A stretch of DNA of 64,000 nt, from contig CATYVZ010000004.1 of assembly GCA_958413985.1 (NCBI GenBank), positions 9,784-73,783 of the forward strand, in the 5' to 3' direction. The translations under genes and the position numbers were made by a program. The DNA comes from an uncultured Bacilli bacterium. Lineage in GTDB: Bacteria; Bacillota_I; Bacilli_A; RF39; UBA660. The notes beneath the pieces are model-generated. The model ran no database searches and was not told the origin of the DNA. It worked only from the letters and a program-made list of their open reading frames with translations. Below, one piece after another: positions 59,953 to 64,000 of this stretch (position 1 is the first letter of the stretch; each line of letters starts with the position of its first letter).

Positions 59953-59976
59953 TAATTAGAAAAAGGAGACGTTAAA

Positions 59977-60339
59977 ATGATTAAAAAAGAATCAAGAAAT
60001 GTTGCTCGTCTTGCTAGACACACACGTGTTACAAATAAAATTAAGGGAACTAAAGAATGTCCAAGATTAAATGTGTTTAGAAGTAATAGTAATATTTTTG
60101 CTCAAATCATTGATGATACTAAAGGTGAAACCTTAGTTAGCGCTTCTTCGATCGACAAGGAACTAAAATTAAAAAACGGTTCTAATGTTGAGGCAGCTAC
60201 TAAAGTTGGTGAACTTTTAGCTAAGAGAGCTAAAAAAGCAAAAATTACGAAAGTAACCTTTGATAGAGGTGGATATCTTTATCATGGACGTGTTAAAGCT
60301 TTAGCCGAAGCAGCACGTGCAAATGGTTTAGAATTTTAA
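59977..60339 (+). CDS. rplR: 50S ribosomal protein L18
   Basis: Sequence and operon position. Confidence 0.97.
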   Translation: MIKKESRNVARLARHTRVTNKIKGTKECPRLNVFRSNSNIFAQIIDDTKGETLVSASSIDKELKLKNGSNVEAATKVGELLAKRAKKAKITKVTFDRGGYLYHGRVKALAEAARANGLEF

Positions 60340-60349
60340 GGAGGGAATT

Positions 60350-60853
60350 ATGGAAAAAACAAAAAGAGAACCACGCCCAAAACAATTTGATGAAGAAATT
60401 ATCAATATTGGTCGCGTTACAAAAGTAACTAAAGGTGGTCGTCATTTCCGTTTTTCAGCAACTGTTGCAGTAGGAGATCGTAAAGGACGCGTTGGAATTG
60501 GAACAGGTAAAGCCAATGAAGTTCCTGACGCTATCAAAAAAGCTGTGGCAGCAGCTACAAAAAACGTTGTAAAAGTTTCGATTGTTAATGGCACAATCCC
60601 ACATGAAGCAGTTGGAACTATTGGGGCTAGTAAGATTTTACTTAAGCCTGCATGCGAAGGAACAGGAGTTAAAGCCGGAGGAGCAGTTAGAGCTGTTGTT
60701 GAATTAGCCGGTGTAAAAAATATTTTATCTAAATCACTTGGATCAAATACTAAAGTTAATATGGCTTACGCAACATTAAAAGCTTTAAAATCACAAAAAA
60801 CAGTTGAAGAAGTTGCATTATTACGTGGAAAAACTAAAGAGGAGATCTTATAA
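60350..60853 (+). CDS. rpsE: 30S ribosomal protein S5
   Basis: Sequence and operon position. Confidence 0.98.
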   Translation: MEKTKREPRPKQFDEEIINIGRVTKVTKGGRHFRFSATVAVGDRKGRVGIGTGKANEVPDAIKKAVAAATKNVVKVSIVNGTIPHEAVGTIGASKILLKPACEGTGVKAGGAVRAVVELAGVKNILSKSLGSNTKVNMAYATLKALKSQKTVEEVALLRGKTKEEIL

Positions 60854-61296
60854 TGAAATTAGAGACAATGAGAGCTAACGAAGGGGCTACGGCAACTAGA
60901 AAACGTGTTGGTCGTGGTACCGGTAGTGGTTTAGGAAAAACTAGTGGTAAAGGTCATAAAGGACAAAATGCTCGTTCAGGTGGCGGTGTAAGACCAGGCT
61001 TTGAAGGAGGACAATTACCTTTATTCCGTCGTTTACCAAAAAGAGGTTTTTCTAATGCTAGATTTAAAACTAGATATGCAACTATCAATTTAAGTGATTT
61101 AAATAAGTTTGAAGATGGAGCAGTTGTTACTCCTGAATTATTAAAAGAAATGGGATTAATTAAAAATGGGTTAGATGGTATTAAAGTGTTAGGAAAAGGA
61201 AATCTAGAAAAGAAATTAACAGTTCGTGCACATAAGTTTTCTAATACTGCCCAAAATGCAATAGAGAGCCTTGGTGGAAAAATAGAGGTGATGTAA
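60853..61296 (+). CDS. rplO: 50S ribosomal protein L15
   Basis: Sequence and operon position. The start abuts the rpsE stop (TAATG). Confidence 0.97.
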   Translation: MKLETMRANEGATATRKRVGRGTGSGLGKTSGKGHKGQNARSGGGVRPGFEGGQLPLFRRLPKRGFSNARFKTRYATINLSDLNKFEDGAVVTPELLKEMGLIKNGLDGIKVLGKGNLEKKLTVRAHKFSNTAQNAIESLGGKIEVM

Positions 61297-61297
61297 G

Positions 61298-62566
61298 ATG
61301 TTTGCCACTATTAAGCAAATATTTAATCCTAAAAATAAAGATATTCAAAAAAGAATTTTATTTACTTTAGCTTGTTTGTTTGTCTTTATTTTAGGTAAAG
61401 CAATTATCGTTCCAGGAATCGATGAATATTCATTAGGAGTTAGTCAATTAGGATTTCTAGAACTTATTAATGTCATGGGTGGAGGCGCCTTAGGTCAATT
61501 TTCGATCTTTGCCTTAGGAGTCATGCCTTATATTACTGCATCAATTATCATTCAAATACTAGCAATGGATATTATCCCTTATTTATCTGAGTTAAAAAAA
61601 CAAGGTGGTACTGGGAGAAATCAGCTTAACAAAATTACGAGAATTACAGGAATTGCTTTAGCATTTCTTCAAGGATACATTTATTCATTTGCTTTTTTAG
61701 GTAATGCAGGAACAGGAATATTAAATATCGATTATTTAAAATTTGCTTTAGTTTTGACAGCAGGAACATCTTTATTATTGTGGATTGGTGACCAAATAAC
61801 CGCTAAAGGAATAGGTAATGGAATATCTTTGATCATCATGGCTGGTATTATTTCTAGTATGCCAACAATGTTTGCAACAGCATTTAAAGAATTAACTAGT
61901 GCTGGCAGTTTTTCAGGAGTTTTATTATTCATCCTATATGTTGTTGTCTATGTAGGAATAATTCTTGGTGTCGTATATGTCGAAGGTGCTGAAAGAAGAA
62001 TCAATGTTCAATATGCCAACAAATCGAATAATACATTTGGCGGTAGACAAAACTATATTCCGTTTAAATTGAATTCGTCTGGTGTTATGCCAGTAATATT
62101 CGCATCAGCATTGATATCTATTCCATCATTTATTGCTAGTTTTATTAAAAAAGAAGGTTTTACTAATTTTGTAAACCAATATCTAGCGATGGATAGTCCG
62201 GTTGGCTTTTCGCTATATATCATCTTAATATTCGTATTTGCGTATTTTTACACATTTATGCAAATTAAACCTAGTGAAATGAGTGAAAATTTAAACAAAA
62301 ATGGCGGATATATTCCAGGAATTAGACCGGGAAAAGATACTGCTAACTATATTAGTGACGTTATTGGTAAAATTACCATTGTCGGAGCTTTATTCTTAGC
62401 TATTTTAGCTGGATTGCCAGTAATATTTGGTTTGTTTTCTGGACTTTCAAGTTCGGTTACTATCGGCGGTACAGGACTATTAATCGTAGTTGGTGTGGCT
62501 TTAGAAACATATAAACAATTAGAAAGTCAACTTCAAAGTCGAAGTTATCGGAAAGGAAGAAGATAA
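61298..62566 (+). CDS. secY: Preprotein translocase subunit SecY
   Basis: 10-TM SecY pattern; operon position. Confidence 0.98.
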   Translation: MFATIKQIFNPKNKDIQKRILFTLACLFVFILGKAIIVPGIDEYSLGVSQLGFLELINVMGGGALGQFSIFALGVMPYITASIIIQILAMDIIPYLSELKKQGGTGRNQLNKITRITGIALAFLQGYIYSFAFLGNAGTGILNIDYLKFALVLTAGTSLLLWIGDQITAKGIGNGISLIIMAGIISSMPTMFATAFKELTSAGSFSGVLLFILYVVVYVGIILGVVYVEGAERRINVQYANKSNNTFGGRQNYIPFKLNSSGVMPVIFASALISIPSFIASFIKKEGFTNFVNQYLAMDSPVGFSLYIILIFVFAYFYTFMQIKPSEMSENLNKNGGYIPGIRPGKDTANYISDVIGKITIVGALFLAILAGLPVIFGLFSGLSSSVTIGGTGLLIVVGVALETYKQLESQLQSRSYRKGRR

Positions 62567-63222
62567 TGCAAGATATAATTTTAATTGCGCCACCTGCCGC
62601 TGGCAAGGGAACTCAGGCAAAATTATTATCTTCAAAATATCGCATTCCTCATATTTCCACAGGTGATCTATTAAGGAAAGCGATCAGTGATCAAACTGAA
62701 TTAGGTAATATGGTAAAAGAAACCATGGAAAATGGGCAACTGGTTTCTGATGATATCGTTTTACAACTATTAGAAAAAAGAATAACCGAGCCTGATTGCC
62801 AAAATGGTTATATTTTAGATGGTTTTCCAAGAACGGTTAATCAGGCACAAAGTTATTTACAACTATTAGAAAAATTGAATCGTCCTCTTGGTGATATTAT
62901 CTATCTAGATGCCAGTAAAGAAGTAATAAAGACAAGAATTATTGGCCGTCTATCGTGTCCAGCTTGTGGTGCTGTTTATAACGATTTAGTTGAAGATAAT
63001 AAACCAAAGAAATTTGGGACTTGCGATTTATGCAATGGACCACTTAGCAAACGTTCTGATGATAATGAAGAAACGTTTGAAAAAAGATATGATGCTTTTA
63101 TGAAAGAAACTTATCCTCTATTAGATTATTTTAGAAAAGTCGGACATTTATTCACTGTTGGTAGTGGAATAAGTAAAGAAAGAACATTTGCCGAAATTGA
63201 AAAAATTATTAATCGAGGTTAA
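62566..63222 (+). CDS. adk: Adenylate kinase (Cys4 zinc lid)
   Basis: PPAAGKGTQA P-loop. Lid CPACG ... CDLCNG. Confidence 0.98.
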   Translation: MQDIILIAPPAAGKGTQAKLLSSKYRIPHISTGDLLRKAISDQTELGNMVKETMENGQLVSDDIVLQLLEKRITEPDCQNGYILDGFPRTVNQAQSYLQLLEKLNRPLGDIIYLDASKEVIKTRIIGRLSCPACGAVYNDLVEDNKPKKFGTCDLCNGPLSKRSDDNEETFEKRYDAFMKETYPLLDYFRKVGHLFTVGSGISKERTFAEIEKIINRG

Positions 63223-63224
63223 TT

Positions 63225-63965
63225 ATGATCAAATCGCACGAAGAAATTGAACTTATGCGAATTGCTGGTAAAATCGTTGGGGATACTCACAATTATTTGA
63301 AAGAATTTATTAAACCGGGGATTACGACTAAAGAATTAGATCAATTAGCTCATGACTTTATTATAAGTCAAGGAGCAATTCCTTCGTTTTTAAATTACGA
63401 TGGCTATCCAGCTTCGATTTGTACTTCAGTTAATGAGGAAGTCGTTCATGGTATACCTGGTAATCGTGTATTACAAGAAGGAGATATTATTTCGATCGAT
63501 ATCGGAGCTTGTTATAAAGGATATCATGGTGATTCGGCTTGGACTTATCCTGTTGGTTCTATTGACGATGAGAAAAAATACTTGCTAGAACATACTGAAA
63601 AAGCTTTGTTTGAAGGCTTAAATAATATTAAGCCAGGCAATCGTATTGGCGATATAGGTTATGCAATAGAACAGTATGCTTTAAAACATAAACTAGGTGT
63701 AGTTAAAGAATTAGTAGGCCATGGGGTTGGTAAACATTTGCACGAAACTCCAGATGTTCCAAACTATGGCGATAAGAATAAAGGCATGATTTTAAGAAAT
63801 GGAATGACTATTGCAGTTGAACCAATGCTTAATTTAAAAACAGCAAATATTTATTTATTGGATGACGATTGGACGATCGTTACAGCCGATAACAGTCCAT
63901 CTGCCCATTTTGAACATACAGTTTTAGTAACTAAAGATGGATTTGAAATCTTAACAAAGAGGTGA
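63225..63965 (+). CDS. map: Methionine aminopeptidase type I
   Basis: Metal ligand pattern DIGACYKGYHGD, HGVG, EPM. Confidence 0.97.
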   Translation: MIKSHEEIELMRIAGKIVGDTHNYLKEFIKPGITTKELDQLAHDFIISQGAIPSFLNYDGYPASICTSVNEEVVHGIPGNRVLQEGDIISIDIGACYKGYHGDSAWTYPVGSIDDEKKYLLEHTEKALFEGLNNIKPGNRIGDIGYAIEQYALKHKLGVVKELVGHGVGKHLHETPDVPNYGDKNKGMILRNGMTIAVEPMLNLKTANIYLLDDDWTIVTADNSPSAHFEHTVLVTKDGFEILTKR

Positions 63966-63970
63966 TAAAA

Positions 63971-64000
63971 TGGCTAATAATGATGTTATAGAAGTTGAAG
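63971..64000 (+). CDS. infA: Translation initiation factor IF-1, first 10 codons only (runs off the window)
   Basis: MANNDVIEVE after SD AGAGGTGA. Expected position after map. Confidence 0.8.

Noticed and set aside
1-64000. Possibility of Mollicutes genetic code 4 (TGA = Trp)
   Set aside because: TGA terminates well-supported genes at conserved C-termini (for example 27068-27070 and 44594-44596), and all conserved genes are intact under code 11.

Overview
Strongly AT-rich chromosomal segment that uses the standard genetic code: TGA acts as a stop, for example at 27068-27070 and 44594-44596. The layout looks like a low-GC Bacillota genome; the taxon guess (Erysipelotrichia or a Mollicutes-related spore-former type) is inference only.

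The window starts inside the origin-proximal yidC-jag-mnmE-mnmG-rsmG-noc block. It then runs, almost entirely on the + strand, through these housekeeping blocks:
- uvrB-lgt-trxB-whiA
- DHH phosphoesterase-rplI-dnaB-M23 peptidase-walJ-like-rlmH
- deoD-cdd-pdp-pncC-spoIIR-tilS-ftsH-nagZ
- soj-spo0J-mscS-DUF951-abgT
- ychF, then rpsF-ssb-rpsR
- the complete S10-spc ribosomal protein cluster (rpsJ to rplO), followed by secY-adk-map and the first codons of infA

This conserved backbone is interrupted by a few accessory insertions, several of them on the minus strand:
1. 7.7-17.8 kb: a membrane-anchored protein, a short pgi, a 2550-aa cyclic beta-1,2-glucan synthase-like giant gene and a hypoxanthine-DNA glycosylase.
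2. 28.2-31.6 kb: an XRE regulator divergent from an envelope operon (membrane protein plus two lipoproteins), preceded by coupled mini-ORFs and a zinc-ribbon fragment that is cut off by one in-frame stop.
3. 44.1-45.0 kb: a two-gene toxin-antitoxin module pairing a Panacea (DUF4065) antitoxin with a MazF/PemK-fold toxin.
4. 47.8-52.3 kb: orphan small proteins, a Fic protein and a double-length U32 protein.

The most unusual single gene is the Noc-like ParB paralog at 5764-7671. It lacks the N-terminal extension of Bacillus Noc and carries about 7.8 near-identical 81-bp in-frame tandem repeats. Its promoter is bracketed by direct repeats equal to a Noc-binding-site half-site.

I saw no rRNA, tRNA, CRISPR array, transposase or integrase. 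All product calls rest on motif and synteny recognition by eye; no database search was possible.
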